Numbered from the stretch's first letter, positions 9,298 through 20,038 are shown. The stretch is 64,000 nt of DNA from Nitrospinales bacterium (GCA_046757665.1 JBHHYO010000005.1:1-64000); one strand, 5' to 3'. The notes: generated by a model from the sequence alone, not told the origin. Program-made: numbers and translations.

Positions 9298-10493
9298 CAC
9301 AGCTCTCCCTTGAAAAAGGCGTCCATCAACGCCGGTCCGCCCGCGAAATGTTCACTGCCTTCCGTAACGATTGCCTCGTCGAACCGCCGGACGGAGTCGG
9401 CTCCCGAGACCGCGGGGAATACCGCGAAGGGCACGGGGTCCCGGGTATACTTCATGAGGTTCGCCGAACACATATGGTTGACCGTCAACAATATCTTAAC
9501 ATCTTTGCCGTCCGGCAGTGCCTGAAGAATTGCGCCCACGACATGCCGGTCGAAATCCTCCACCGCCAGCACCTTGTCGTCCACCCGGCCCTGCATGGAA
9601 ACCATTTCCGGAGCGGAAACGTGCAGGTAAACGAGGTCCCGGTTTTCAAGTTCGCGCAAGGCGGCATCGACCTTGCCGCGGTAATCGGTGTCCATGAATC
9701 CCGTTGCTCCCGCCACGGCCACCGGGTGCAAGCCGGCGCACTGGCCCACGCCCAGGAAAAGCGGCGAGGCCGCGACCACCGCCCCGTTCAATCCACGGCG
9801 TCCGGAAAAAGACGGCAGAGCCGGACGCGGACCGTTGCCCGACAGCCAGATACTATTCACCGTGTCCCGGCCCTTTCTCTTGCGTATTTTGTTGTAAGCG
9901 TGGTTATGCAAAATAATCTGCGCCTGGCTCATAATGGAAACCAGCTCCGGCGCGCCGGACGGCATATACTGCCTGATCCCCTCGCCGATCAACTCGTCGG
10001 GCGGCGTCAATCCGTTTTTGAGCGGCGGATTTTTGAGGGTCAGGACGTTGCGGTATCCCCGGGCCGAATGAAACGCGGCGCCCGCATCGGCGATTTGCTC
10101 TTGCAGTGCATTCAGCAATACCCCCGCGTCCTCGCTGGAAATCTGCCCCGCCGTGTAATCCTTCATGACCATATCGTTATGGCTGGACTGCAGGTTGACA
10201 AAGTCGCAACATAAGGATATTTCATCTTCTTTCGGAGCGATCCCCAGTCCGGCGGCCACGAACTCACCGGCGCCGGCGGAATATTTTTCCGGGTCGTATC
10301 CCAGCAGGGAGAGCAGAGAAACCTCGTTGCCGGGGGCGCGGTTTTCCGGAACGGTTTGCACGGACCCCGTCCGGCCCTCCGCCGCCAGGCGGTCGAGGTT
10401 CGGCGTCTCGGCCATTTGCAAAACGGTCTTGTTGTCTTTGTGCGCGATCGGCTGGTCGGTCAAGCCGCTACCGATAATTACCAGGTATTTCAT
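9297..10493 (-). CDS. ApgM-family (archaeal-type cofactor-independent phosphoglycerate mutase / proposed homoserine kinase) homologue with degenerate active site
   Basis: Scaffold motifs TPNLDRLAAEG, LSLLGYDP, NSIWL, GATGFMDTDYRGK, DPVPF; catalytic Ser and metal ligands substituted (see findings). Confidence 0.85.
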   Translation of the reverse strand: MKYLVIIGSGLTDQPIAHKDNKTVLQMAETPNLDRLAAEGRTGSVQTVPENRAPGNEVSLLSLLGYDPEKYSAGAGEFVAAGLGIAPKEDEISLCCDFVNLQSSHNDMVMKDYTAGQISSEDAGVLLNALQEQIADAGAAFHSARGYRNVLTLKNPPLKNGLTPPDELIGEGIRQYMPSGAPELVSIMSQAQIILHNHAYNKIRKRKGRDTVNSIWLSGNGPRPALPSFSGRRGLNGAVVAASPLFLGVGQCAGLHPVAVAGATGFMDTDYRGKVDAALRELENRDLVYLHVSAPEMVSMQGRVDDKVLAVEDFDRHVVGAILQALPDGKDVKILLTVNHMCSANLMKYTRDPVPFAVFPAVSGADSVRRFDEAIVTEGSEHFAGGPALMDAFFKGEL

Positions 10494-10603
10494 CTCAAAG
10501 TTCGCCGTGGGCCGTTAATTGGCGGTTGAAATTATGGATTATAACGTATATTCGATTAAAAGCATTGCCTAAAAGAATTCCCTTTAACGACTTGGAGGAA
10601 AGC

Positions 10604-10873
10604 ATGAAAGAGCTTTGGATCGTGTTTGTTACGGTTTTTCTCGCCGAACTGGGCGACAAGACGCAAGTGGCGACGCTTCTGTTTGCCTCGGACGACAAGC
10701 TGAGCCGGGCGGGCGTGTTCGGCGCCGCCTCTCTCGCCCTGGTCCTCAGCAGTTTGCTGGCGGTCGTTTTCGGGACCTCCCTTGCCGGGTTCATCTCGCC
10801 GGAAAAAATCAAGTGGCTGGCCGGCGCGGGGTTTATCGCCGTCGGTATCTGGACCCTGATGGACGCCGGGTAA
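10604..10873 (+). CDS. TMEM165/GDT1 (UPF0016) family single-repeat membrane protein, putative Mn2+/Ca2+ transporter
   Basis: FLAELGDKTQ signature; GGAGG RBS before ATG 10604; about 3 TM segments. Confidence 0.9.
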   Translation: MKELWIVFVTVFLAELGDKTQVATLLFASDDKLSRAGVFGAASLALVLSSLLAVVFGTSLAGFISPEKIKWLAGAGFIAVGIWTLMDAG

Positions 10874-11085
10874 ACCTCCGCGATGGGATTTCAATTTCAG
10901 TGTACCGATTGACTTTGGCGATAAGCTGTTTTAGCCTATTAGGAAAAAAAAGGACACCGGGCTTGCGGATTGGTTTATTCTTCTTTCTGTTAACTACATC
11001 CACTCCGGGCCTGCAACAGGTTTTCCGCACACTTTCCACCGTTCTTATTTTCGGTTGAAGTGGCCCAGAAAACAAGGGATCGGCC

Positions 11086-11976
11086 ATGGTGAAAATCAAT
11101 GAAATCCTGAAAAACGGTGACCCTCTACCCTTGACCACCGACGACGGTCATTTGCGCATCATTTTTATTGGGGTCGGTTCCGCGTTTGCCAAACGCAACC
11201 GCCAGTCCAACATACTCATCATCCAGGGCGACCATCACATTCTGGTGGACTGCGGCACCCAGGGGCCGTTGGCGCTGGACGACCTGGGGCTGGACGTTCT
11301 CCAGGTGCGATGCTACCTGCCCACCCACAGCCACGCCGACCACATCGGCGGGTTGGAGGAAGTCGCCCTGACCAACCGGTACATAGCCCACAATAACGGC
11401 AAACCGCAGATGATTATCCTGCACGATTATCAGGACCTGCTGTGGACCAAGAGCCTGTCCGGCGGCGCGGAGTTTTGCGAGGCCAACCATGGGAAGTACC
11501 TGCAACTCAGCGATTTCTTCGATATCCTGCGTCCCTATCCCGTTCAGGTCAAGGGCCGGAAATTCTGGGTTTACAAACACGGCCCCATAGAAATCATGAT
11601 CATGAAGACCCGGCACGCCCCGGGCTCCGCGCTCAATATAGACGAATCGCAATGGTGTTGCGGCGTATTCGTCAACCGCCGCGTATGGATTTCCGGCGAC
11701 ACCATGTTCGACGCCGAGTATCCGACCCGGTTCGCCCAGGATGCGGAAGTCATGTTTCACGATACGCAAATGTTTGTCGGCGGCGTACACGCCTCCTACA
11801 GTGAATTGACGACCCTGCCGCCCGAAATTCGGGCCAAGATGTATCTCTACCACTATGACGACAACTGGGACCACCCGGAAAAGTGGGTTAAAGACTCCGA
11901 TCCCTTTACCGGCAACCCCGTCAAGGACGGTTTTCTGGGTTGGGCCCGGCAACAAGTCGCCTACGACTTCGACTGA
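11086..11976 (+). CDS. MBL-fold metallo-hydrolase (RNase Z/phosphodiesterase-like)
   Basis: GVGSAF, LVDCG, THSHADHIGG (HxHxDH), SGDT, FHD, VHAS, LYHY. Confidence 0.85.
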   Translation: MVKINEILKNGDPLPLTTDDGHLRIIFIGVGSAFAKRNRQSNILIIQGDHHILVDCGTQGPLALDDLGLDVLQVRCYLPTHSHADHIGGLEEVALTNRYIAHNNGKPQMIILHDYQDLLWTKSLSGGAEFCEANHGKYLQLSDFFDILRPYPVQVKGRKFWVYKHGPIEIMIMKTRHAPGSALNIDESQWCCGVFVNRRVWISGDTMFDAEYPTRFAQDAEVMFHDTQMFVGGVHASYSELTTLPPEIRAKMYLYHYDDNWDHPEKWVKDSDPFTGNPVKDGFLGWARQQVAYDFD

Positions 11977-12014
11977 CCGGCAGAACACAAAGTGGGCCGA
12001 TTGAGGATAAGTGA

Positions 12015-12986
12015 ATGATTGTCGTAACCGGCGGCGCGGGGTTTATCGGTAGCGCCCTGACCGCCGAACTCAATGCCCGCGGCCTCTCCGACATTCTGCT
12101 GGTGGACCAGGTTGACCACCCGGAAAAAGAGAAAAACCTGGCGCCCCTCGCATTCCGGGAACTGCGCTCGAAGGAACAGTTCCTCCAGGATGTCTTGACC
12201 CGTTCCCTGCGCGGCGTGGACGTCCTTTTTCATCTGGGGGCGTGTTCCTCCACCACGGAAACCGACGAAGCCTACCTGCGAAAAAACAACTTCGAATATA
12301 CCCGCGATCTTGCCGGCTATGCGCTGGAGAACGACGTCCGGTTCATTTACGCCTCCAGCGCCGCCACCTACGGCGACGGCAGTCTCGGCTACGCCGACGA
12401 CGAATCCCGGCTCGAAACCCTGCGGCCGCTCAATTCCTACGGCAACAGCAAACAGATGTTCGACCTGTGGGCGCACCGGCAAAACATCCTGCACCGGATC
12501 GTCGGACTAAAATATTTCAATGTGTACGGGCCCAACGAGTACCACAAGGAGGAGATGCAGAGCCTGGTTCGTAAAGGATTTTTCCAGATTCGGGAGACCG
12601 GCAAGGTGCGGTTGTTCAAATCCTACAAGCCCGAATACCCGGACGGCGGCCAGGTGCGGGACTTCATCTATATCAAGGACGCCGTGGCCATGACCCTGTT
12701 TTTTGCCGACCACCCCGGCCTGGGCGGGATATTCAACGTCGGCGCCGGAACCGCCCGCAGTTGGAACGAGTTGGCGCAAGCCCTGTTCACCGCCCAGGGC
12801 CGCGACACCCATATTGAATACATCGAAATGCCGGAATCCATCCGCCCCCAATATCAATATCACACCTGCGCGGAGATGGACAAGATCCGCCGGGCGGGGT
12901 ACACCGCGCCTTGCCTGTCGCTGGAGGCGGGGGTCGCGGATTATGTGCAAAATTACCTCCTGCCCGGCAAATACCTGGGCGAATAA
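12015..12986 (+). CDS. hldD: ADP-L-glycero-D-manno-heptose 6-epimerase
   Basis: MIVVTGGAGFIGS, FHLGACSSTTETD, YASSAATYG, PLNSYGNSK, YFNVYGPNEYHK. Confidence 0.93.
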   Translation: MIVVTGGAGFIGSALTAELNARGLSDILLVDQVDHPEKEKNLAPLAFRELRSKEQFLQDVLTRSLRGVDVLFHLGACSSTTETDEAYLRKNNFEYTRDLAGYALENDVRFIYASSAATYGDGSLGYADDESRLETLRPLNSYGNSKQMFDLWAHRQNILHRIVGLKYFNVYGPNEYHKEEMQSLVRKGFFQIRETGKVRLFKSYKPEYPDGGQVRDFIYIKDAVAMTLFFADHPGLGGIFNVGAGTARSWNELAQALFTAQGRDTHIEYIEMPESIRPQYQYHTCAEMDKIRRAGYTAPCLSLEAGVADYVQNYLLPGKYLGE

Positions 12987-13174
12987 AACACGCCCGCCAA
13001 CCCGTCACCGGCAGTCGCACCCCCCTCCCACCGGCCCGGCAAAAAAAAATGGCGGGCCGCAACCCGCGAACCTATATTAAATATTAAGAGGAAATCCGGG
13101 TTAAATTCCCGTAGCGAAAAAAGCCTCGGCAAACCCGCTCTTCAACGATCCACTTTTTCATCGGGAGGTGGACA

Positions 13175-13582
13175 ATGGATGACACCATGCAGGAAATCGG
13201 CCATTACATGAGTTCGCCCGTACTGAGCATAGAGTCCGAGGCAACCGTCCAGGAAGCGGCACAGTACATGCGCGCCCAGCATGTCGGCGCGCTTCTGGTC
13301 AAGGAATTCGACGAGTATGTGGGCATCATCAGCGAATCGGATTTGAGCCACCGGGTTATCGGCGGCGGATTGAACCCCGAAACCACCCTGGTTTCAACGG
13401 TCATGACCCGGACCATACATTCCATGGACCGCTACCTGCCCGCGGAAGAGGCTGACGAGTTCATGCGCAAACACAAGATTCACCATCTCGCCATCACTCA
13501 GGAGGACAAAATCGTCGGTATGGTTTCCATCAAGGATTTTATTTCCTTCTACTACACCCGATCCTTCCAGATGATGGAATAG
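13175..13582 (+). CDS. CBS-pair domain protein
   Basis: Two CBS motifs (YVGIISESD; IVGMVSIKD); GGAGG RBS. Confidence 0.9.
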   Translation: MDDTMQEIGHYMSSPVLSIESEATVQEAAQYMRAQHVGALLVKEFDEYVGIISESDLSHRVIGGGLNPETTLVSTVMTRTIHSMDRYLPAEEADEFMRKHKIHHLAITQEDKIVGMVSIKDFISFYYTRSFQMME

Positions 13583-13761
13583 CCCTCCCTGGCGCGGACC
13601 GGAACACGGGTTCCTCCTGTCCGGTCCGCGGACGAAGCCATCTTCCCACCTCGGAACAATCGCCACAGCGCTTGCCGGGAAAATCCTTCAAGGTGGCTCG
13701 TTTTGTTTTATACTGGTTATGTTCATTAATGCACGCCAATCCATCGGTAGAGGAGCGCCTT

Positions 13762-14916
13762 GTGAAAGCCCTGGTTCTGGACATCAAGCGGGAAGACTGG
13801 GAGCGCACTACGGGATTGACCCTAACCCGCATGAGCGAGCCGCGGCTGAGTGAATCCAAACACCCGGAAGACGCCGACAAGGTTATCGTCAAACCCCGGT
13901 TTACGGGCTTTTGCGGATCGGACAAGGGAATATGGTTTCGCCACGCCTTCAAGGACATGATTTTCGATTCGCTGGAGGCGAATGGCCAGCCGTACCGCAT
14001 TTGCGGACACGAGCTTTTGGGAGAGATTGTCGATGCCGGTTCGACGGCCTCGAAGGCTTATGGGTGCCAACCCGGCGACATGGTTTCCGCCGAGTCGCAT
14101 ATCTTTTGCGGCCATTGCCACCAGTGCCGGATCGGCGATGCCCACGTCTGCGCCAATCACTTGATTATCGGTATCTCCACCGACGGTTGCTTCGCGGAAT
14201 ACGTGAAACTGCCCGCCCGGGAGCTTTGGAAAACGGACACGGAGCGCATCCGTCCGGAAGTGGCGGCGATACAGGAGCCGCTGGGCAATGCGGTCCATGC
14301 CTGCTCGCGGGTGGACCTGCGCGGCAGGACCGTCGCGGTGTTCGGTTGCGGCACCATCGGCTTGTTGACTATTCTGGTGGCGCGCGCCATGGGCGCCGCC
14401 TTCATCGTCGGCGTTGACCCCAACACCGCCAACCTGGAGCTGGCGCAAAAACTGGACGTGGATTTGGCCCTGCGCGTCGCGGCGCCTGAAAACGCCCGTT
14501 GCCTCCCCGACCGGGAAATCGTCGAGCGGATCAAACAAAACTGCTTCGGCGAAGGCGTCGATCTGGCCCTGGAAATGTCCGGCAGCAACCAGGCGCTGAA
14601 CACCGCCATCGCCGCCACCCGCGCCGGCGGCGACGTCATCCTTTTCGGCATCTCCGCGGGCGACTACACCATAACCGATTTCCAGCAGATCATCATGTAT
14701 GGGAAAACCCTGCACAGCGTCGTCGGCAGAAAAGTGTTTCAAACCTGGTACACCCTGAGCAACTTGCTTCAGTCCCGGGGCCATAATCTCCAGGACAAAA
14801 TTTACGAGGTGATTCTGAACCGGGGCCGCGGAACCATTTTCCCTTTCCGAAAATTTGAAAAGGAAACATTCGAGCAGGCCCTCCGGAAACACCCGAAAAT
14901 CATTTTGCAATATTGA
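13762..14916 (+). CDS. tdh: Zn-dependent dehydrogenase, L-threonine 3-dehydrogenase-like
   Basis: GFCGSD, GHE, AESHIFCGHCHQC...C, QEPLGNAVH, FGCGTIG; adjacent to kbl; GTG start inferred from AGGAG RBS. Confidence 0.75.
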   Translation: MKALVLDIKREDWERTTGLTLTRMSEPRLSESKHPEDADKVIVKPRFTGFCGSDKGIWFRHAFKDMIFDSLEANGQPYRICGHELLGEIVDAGSTASKAYGCQPGDMVSAESHIFCGHCHQCRIGDAHVCANHLIIGISTDGCFAEYVKLPARELWKTDTERIRPEVAAIQEPLGNAVHACSRVDLRGRTVAVFGCGTIGLLTILVARAMGAAFIVGVDPNTANLELAQKLDVDLALRVAAPENARCLPDREIVERIKQNCFGEGVDLALEMSGSNQALNTAIAATRAGGDVILFGISAGDYTITDFQQIIMYGKTLHSVVGRKVFQTWYTLSNLLQSRGHNLQDKIYEVILNRGRGTIFPFRKFEKETFEQALRKHPKIILQY

Positions 14917-14936
14917 AATTTATTAGGTGATTCGTC

Positions 14937-16121
14937 GTGGCAGACCCTTTCCTCGATATGATCCGGGCGGAACTGGAGCAGATCCGCCAGGCGGGGTTGT
15001 ACAAGGACGAGCGCGTCCTGCAATCGCCGCAACAAACGCATATCACGGTTCCCGGTGGAGAGGTCATCAACTTTTGCGCCAACAATTATCTCGGCCTCGC
15101 CAACCATCCGGAAATCCTGCGCGCCGCAAAAGACGCTCTGGACCGTTTCGGATACGGCATGGCGTCGGTGCGGTTCATTTGCGGAACCCAGGAAGCGCAC
15201 AAACGGCTCGAGCGGAAAATTTCCGGGTTTTTGCGAACCGAGGACACGATTCTTTACTCGTCCTGCTTTGACGCCAACGCCGGTTTGTTCGAGGCTTTAT
15301 TGAGCGAAAAAGACGCCGTTATCAGCGACAAATTGAATCACGCCAGCATTATCGACGGCATCCGGTTGTGCAAAGCCGAGCGGCGGCGTTTCCGGCACGC
15401 GGATATGGGTCACCTGGAAACGCAATTGAAAAAACCGGCCCGATTCCGTTTGATCGCCACCGACGGCGTGTTCAGCATGGATGGCGACGTGGCGGACCTT
15501 GCCGGCATCTGCGCCCTGGCGGAGCAATACGGCGCCCTGGTGATGGTGGACGACTCGCACGCCACGGGGTTTTTCGGCCCCACCGGCCGCGGCAGTATCG
15601 AATACCGCGGCGTCATGGGCCGGGTCGATCTCATCACCTCCACGTTCGGCAAGGCGCTCGGCGGCGCCTCCGGCGGTTTTGTCTCCGGCAAACGGGAGAT
15701 TGTCGAATACCTGCGCCAGCGGTCGCGGCCCTATCTGTTTTCCAACTCCCTGTCCCCCGTGATCGCCGCCACCACGTCGGCGGCCATTGATTTGATCACG
15801 CGGTCCGGGGAGCTGATTCAAAAACTCCAGAGCAACGTCGGTTATTTTCGGGACAAGATCGGCCAGGCCGGATTCGACATCCGGCCCGGCGACCATCCGA
15901 TTATTCCCATCATGCTGGGCGAGGCTCGCCTGGCGCATGACATGGCCGGCGCATTGCTGAAGGAGGGGATTTACGTCATCGGCTTCAGCCATCCCGTGGT
16001 TCCGCGGAACCAGGCGCGTATCCGCATCCAGATTTCCGCCGCCCACGAGCGCGAGGACCTGGACCGCGCCGTGGCCGCCTTCCGCAAGGTAGGGAAACAA
16101 CTCAATGTCCTCGCCCGCTGA
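14937..16121 (+). CDS. kbl: Glycine C-acetyltransferase (2-amino-3-ketobutyrate CoA ligase)
   Basis: [62 protein letters not shown]. Confidence 0.95.
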   Translation: MADPFLDMIRAELEQIRQAGLYKDERVLQSPQQTHITVPGGEVINFCANNYLGLANHPEILRAAKDALDRFGYGMASVRFICGTQEAHKRLERKISGFLRTEDTILYSSCFDANAGLFEALLSEKDAVISDKLNHASIIDGIRLCKAERRRFRHADMGHLETQLKKPARFRLIATDGVFSMDGDVADLAGICALAEQYGALVMVDDSHATGFFGPTGRGSIEYRGVMGRVDLITSTFGKALGGASGGFVSGKREIVEYLRQRSRPYLFSNSLSPVIAATTSAAIDLITRSGELIQKLQSNVGYFRDKIGQAGFDIRPGDHPIIPIMLGEARLAHDMAGALLKEGIYVIGFSHPVVPRNQARIRIQISAAHEREDLDRAVAAFRKVGKQLNVLAR

Positions 16122-16229
16122 ACGCAACTCCATTCCGGGAAATGGCGGCAAAGCTTTCCTTGTAATGAGCGCGGAGGGGATTTATATTAACCTCATGCCT
16201 TCACAAACACGTTCCTTGCGGGAAAAACC

Positions 16230-17126
16230 ATGAACCGTTTGTGCGCGGGTTTGGCGTTGCTGGCCTGGCTGGTGTCCTGCGCCACGGCGCCGGAGCGTCT
16301 GCCGCGTGCGTGGAAATCCCCAGGCACCGGCAATCCCGCCAGCTCTGTCCAGTCCGTGTTACCACGCGACCGGGAACCCGTTTTCCCGAATGAAGCAAGA
16401 TTGCTACGCAACGCGGAAAAAGTCCTGCAAGACATGACCGCCCGCTCCCGGCCGGGGATTCCCTTCAAATTGCGAATCCATGCAAAAGCCGTCGTTGTGA
16501 TCCCCCGCCTGGCGCAAGTGCCTGCGGGCGCAAGGCGCGGCAAGGTGAGAGGCATTGCCGTGATGCGTTCGCCGAAAACCGGAAAATGGGGCCGTCCGAT
16601 GTTCGTCAAAACATCCGCCGCCGGCTGGGAACTGCCCGCGGACGCCCGCGTGGCCAAACTCGCGTTGCTGGCCGTTACCCCAAAGGGCGCCGAACACCTG
16701 CTCAACGCCTCCTTCAACCAGGCTCCCGGCCCCAAAATCGCCCTCGGCCCCCGCGGCGCCACCGGCCAATTGAATATACAGCAACTGCAACTGGCGAATG
16801 ACATTTACGCCTATGCCCAGGTGGATGGCGCCTATGTCGGACTGGCGTTCCACGCGCCATCCCTGGTGGCCGACAGGGATTCCGACGACAGGTTTTACGG
16901 TCCCGGCGCCCTGCGCGGCGCAAGCTTCGATTCCCGGCGGCAAAGACTGCCGGAAGCGGCCGAACATTTGATGGCCCTGCTGGACAAAATCGCTCCACCT
17001 TCGCGAAAAGTTTTCCGGACGGTGCGGGCGTCGAGCCCGCGGGAGCGCGTTTCTCCACCCGCCTTCGACCGGCCCACCATGCCCTTCACGAAAAATAGAA
17101 ATCGCTCTAAAAATATTTACAACTAA
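16230..17126 (+). CDS. Lipoprotein with SYLF/Ysc84-like lipid-binding domain
   Basis: Lipobox LVSC; AKAVVVIP, W-x-x-P-MFV, DIYAYA..GAYVG, FYG pattern. Confidence 0.6.
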   Translation: MNRLCAGLALLAWLVSCATAPERLPRAWKSPGTGNPASSVQSVLPRDREPVFPNEARLLRNAEKVLQDMTARSRPGIPFKLRIHAKAVVVIPRLAQVPAGARRGKVRGIAVMRSPKTGKWGRPMFVKTSAAGWELPADARVAKLALLAVTPKGAEHLLNASFNQAPGPKIALGPRGATGQLNIQQLQLANDIYAYAQVDGAYVGLAFHAPSLVADRDSDDRFYGPGALRGASFDSRRQRLPEAAEHLMALLDKIAPPSRKVFRTVRASSPRERVSPPAFDRPTMPFTKNRNRSKNIYN

Positions 17127-17191
17127 CTGAATCCTTTTGAAGCACCCGGCATCTCAATAATTAATAGGCAGTTCGAGTTTTCTCCTCGTTT

Positions 17192-17225
17192 AAAAGGGAC
17201 GTCCCCCCCCGGGCGTCCCTTTTTT
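17192..17225. terminator. Bidirectional Rho-independent terminator
   Basis: AAAAGGGACGTCC-loop-GGGCGTCCCTTTTTT between convergent genes. Confidence 0.8.
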
Positions 17226-17235
17226 CATTTGCCGG

Positions 17236-18111
17236 TCAAACGAACCGATTAACAATGCGTTCCACCGAGGAGAGGTAGGAGCCGCCGAACAGGTTGAGGT
17301 GGTTGAGCAGATGGTAAAGGTTAAACAAGTCCTTCCGTTCATCATAGCCGGGGTTCAGGGGAAAAGCTTCGTCATAGGCGTTGTAGAAACTTTGGGGGAG
17401 TCTGCCGAACAGTTCCGTCATGGCCAAATCGGCCTCCCGCAGGCCGAAGTGGGCGGCGGGATCGAAGATGCACGGGGCCTGGCCCGGCCCGGCAAAACAG
17501 TTCCCCGACCACAAATCGCCATGCAGGAGCGCCGGACGTTCGCCGGTAACGTCGAGCAGGCCGTCCAGTTTTTCGCAAAGTTTGTCGAGTTTCCGGTCCA
17601 GCCCGGCGGGCAATAACCGCGATTTTCTAGCCAGTTCCTGCTGAAAGCGGATGCGGCGCTCCCGGAAAAAGACGATCGGGTCTTTTTCCGGCGTGTTTTT
17701 TTGCGGAGTTTTACCGATAAAGTTATCCCGGTCAAGACCGTACCGGTCCTGTGTTTTGCGGTGCAGTGCGGCCAGGGCGCGGCCGAAATTCACATAAAAA
17801 TCCTTGCCCGGCGGTTCTTCCGGCAGATATTCCAGCACGATAAAGCGTGGGTTGGGGGCGGACGGCAAGGCCAGAACGGCGGGAACGCGGGGCGCGCCAA
17901 CGGCGCTTCGCAACAGATCCAGCCCCTCGGCCTCGCGGCGAAAAAAATCCTGCGGCGGGCGCGGATGCGATTTAAAAAAAACCCGCCGGCCGTTGGACAG
18001 GGAAAGGATTTCCGTCCGGCTGATACAGCCACCGCCGCCGGCAACGCTCGTCAAAATCCGAATGGGTTCGGCAAGGGTTTGCGAAAGCAGTGTCTGGATT
18101 TCGTCTTTCAC
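17236..18111 (-). CDS. Fructosamine kinase family protein
   Basis: GGGCIS, EAEGL, DNFIG, LLHGDLWSGN, FDPA, EADLAMTELFG, YHLLNHLNLFG. Confidence 0.93.
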   Translation of the reverse strand: MKDEIQTLLSQTLAEPIRILTSVAGGGGCISRTEILSLSNGRRVFFKSHPRPPQDFFRREAEGLDLLRSAVGAPRVPAVLALPSAPNPRFIVLEYLPEEPPGKDFYVNFGRALAALHRKTQDRYGLDRDNFIGKTPQKNTPEKDPIVFFRERRIRFQQELARKSRLLPAGLDRKLDKLCEKLDGLLDVTGERPALLHGDLWSGNCFAGPGQAPCIFDPAAHFGLREADLAMTELFGRLPQSFYNAYDEAFPLNPGYDERKDLFNLYHLLNHLNLFGGSYLSSVERIVNRFV

Positions 18112-18608
18112 GGCGACAGGGAAAACCGTTTTTTCACATAGTCGAGAATGTTGGGACAGGTGCGGTTGACGATGTGAAACACCGTGTCGAAGCCATTTGC
18201 ACCGCCGTAATAAGGATCGGGGACATCCAGCCCATTCCCCTTGACCGGATCGAACGACCGGAAGAGTTTCAGTTTTTCGCCGGCCTCGCCGGTGGGGCAG
18301 ATCGACCTCAAGCTGTCCAGGTTGATCCGGTCCATGGCAATGACCAGGTCGAACCGCTTGAAATCTCCGGGCGTAAACTGACGGGCTCTGGAGTTGAGAA
18401 TGACACCTTTTTTCATGGCCGTTTCGCTCATTCGGGAATCGGCCGGTTCGCCGACGTGCCAGGCGCCCGTGCCGGCGGAATCGGTGAGAATTTTTCCCGC
18501 CAGCCCCTGCCGGTCCACCAGGGCTTCAAATACGCCATGCGCCAATGGCGACCGGCAAATATTGCCGAGGCAGACAAAGCAAACCCGTACGGTTTTGGTT
18601 GTTTTCAT
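18108..18608 (-). CDS. Low-molecular-weight protein-tyrosine phosphatase
   Basis: FVCLGNICRS P-loop, DSAGT, DVPDPYYG. Confidence 0.95.
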   Translation of the reverse strand: MKTTKTVRVCFVCLGNICRSPLAHGVFEALVDRQGLAGKILTDSAGTGAWHVGEPADSRMSETAMKKGVILNSRARQFTPGDFKRFDLVIAMDRINLDSLRSICPTGEAGEKLKLFRSFDPVKGNGLDVPDPYYGGANGFDTVFHIVNRTCPNILDYVKKRFSLSP

Positions 18609-18723
18609 TTCGTCAATTGATTTAATCGAGGTTTCTGTTTAATATGCCCCTTGCCGGACGTTTCCATTGTATAGAACCGTTTCGGCCGCATCAACCCCGC
18701 AGAAATCACGACGGAGAAGAAAC

Positions 18724-20016
18724 TTGATCAGCCGCTACACGCTTCCGGAGATGGCCGCGGTTTGGGAACCGGAAAGCAAATTCGCTCTCTGGTTGAAAAT
18801 CGAAATCCACGCCTGCGAGGCCCTGGCGGCTCGGGGGAAGATTCCCAGGGCCGCCGTGGCCGAGATCAAACGAAAAGCAAAATTCGATGTCGCCCGGATC
18901 GACGCCATCGAAAAAGAAACGCGCCACGACGTCATCGCGTTCACCACCTGCGTGGCGGAATACGTCGGCGAGGCGGCGCGTTACATTCATCTGGGGCTGA
19001 CCTCGTCGGACGTGGTGGACACCGCTTTCGCCGCGCAATTGAAACAGGCCGCCAACCTGATCCTGCGGCAGTTGCGGCAATTCCACCGGGTTCTTAAAAC
19101 ACGCGCCCTGCAACACAAGGGCGCCGTCATGATCGGCCGGTCGCACGGCATCCACGGGGAGCCGATCACCTTCGGATTGAAGCTGGCCAACTGGTACGCG
19201 GAAACCGGACGCAATATCGAAAGGATGACGCGCGCCCGCGCCGCAATCAGCGTCGGGCAAATCTCCGGCGCGGTGGGGACGTTCGCCAACGTCGAACCGG
19301 AAGTCGAGGCTTACGTCTGCAAAAAACTCGGCTTGAAACCCGCGCCGATCTCCAACCAGGTGATCCAGCGGGACCGCCATGCGGAATATTTTGCGACGCT
19401 TGCCGTGATCGCCGGCTCCCTCGAAAAATTCGCGCTGGAAATCCGCCACTTGCAACGCACGGAGGTTCTGGAGGCGGAAGAGTTTTTTGCCGCCGGGCAG
19501 AAAGGCTCCTCCGCCATGCCGCACAAAAGGAATCCGGTGGTCTCCGAGCAGATGTGCGGGCTGGCCCGGGTGGTGCGCGCCAATGCCGGCGCCGCCATGG
19601 AAAACATGGCGCTTTGGCACGAGCGCGACATCAGCCATTCCTCCGTCGAACGGGTCATCGCCCCGGACAGCACCATTCTCGTGCATTACATGCTGACGAA
19701 GATGACCGGCCTGATCGACCGGTTGATCGTGTATCCTGAAAACATGCGCCGCAACCTGGAAAAAACCGGCGGCCTGATTTTTTCCCAAAACGTTCTTCTC
19801 GCGCTCACGCGCAAGGGTGTCACGCGGGAAGACGCCTACCGCATGGTGCAGAGAAACGCCATGGAGACCTGGAAAAAAGGCGGCAAATTCCTCGCCCGCC
19901 TGAAAAAGGACCGTGACATCAAACGGCACTTGTCTGTCAGCGAATTGAACGCGGCGTTTGATCTGCAAGGCCACCTCAAAAACATCGATCACATTTTCAA
20001 AAGAGTTTTTGGATAA
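18724..20016 (+). CDS. purB: Adenylosuccinate lyase
   Basis: TTG start (ISRYT), TRHDVIAF, HLGLTSSDV, GRSHGIH, GSSAMPHKRNP. Confidence 0.96.
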   Translation: MISRYTLPEMAAVWEPESKFALWLKIEIHACEALAARGKIPRAAVAEIKRKAKFDVARIDAIEKETRHDVIAFTTCVAEYVGEAARYIHLGLTSSDVVDTAFAAQLKQAANLILRQLRQFHRVLKTRALQHKGAVMIGRSHGIHGEPITFGLKLANWYAETGRNIERMTRARAAISVGQISGAVGTFANVEPEVEAYVCKKLGLKPAPISNQVIQRDRHAEYFATLAVIAGSLEKFALEIRHLQRTEVLEAEEFFAAGQKGSSAMPHKRNPVVSEQMCGLARVVRANAGAAMENMALWHERDISHSSVERVIAPDSTILVHYMLTKMTGLIDRLIVYPENMRRNLEKTGGLIFSQNVLLALTRKGVTREDAYRMVQRNAMETWKKGGKFLARLKKDRDIKRHLSVSELNAAFDLQGHLKNIDHIFKRVFG

Positions 20017-20038
20017 ATCCGGGAGGGTGAAGAGCTTT

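Noticed and set aside
12987-13174. Riboswitch (e.g. c-di-GMP-I) upstream of the CBS gene
   Set aside because: GGCAAACC is present, but the rest of the consensus and pairing was not found; an Rfam scan would settle it.
17127-17191. Small RNA ahead of the terminator
   Set aside because: AT-rich spacer with no convincing promoter or structure beyond the terminator.
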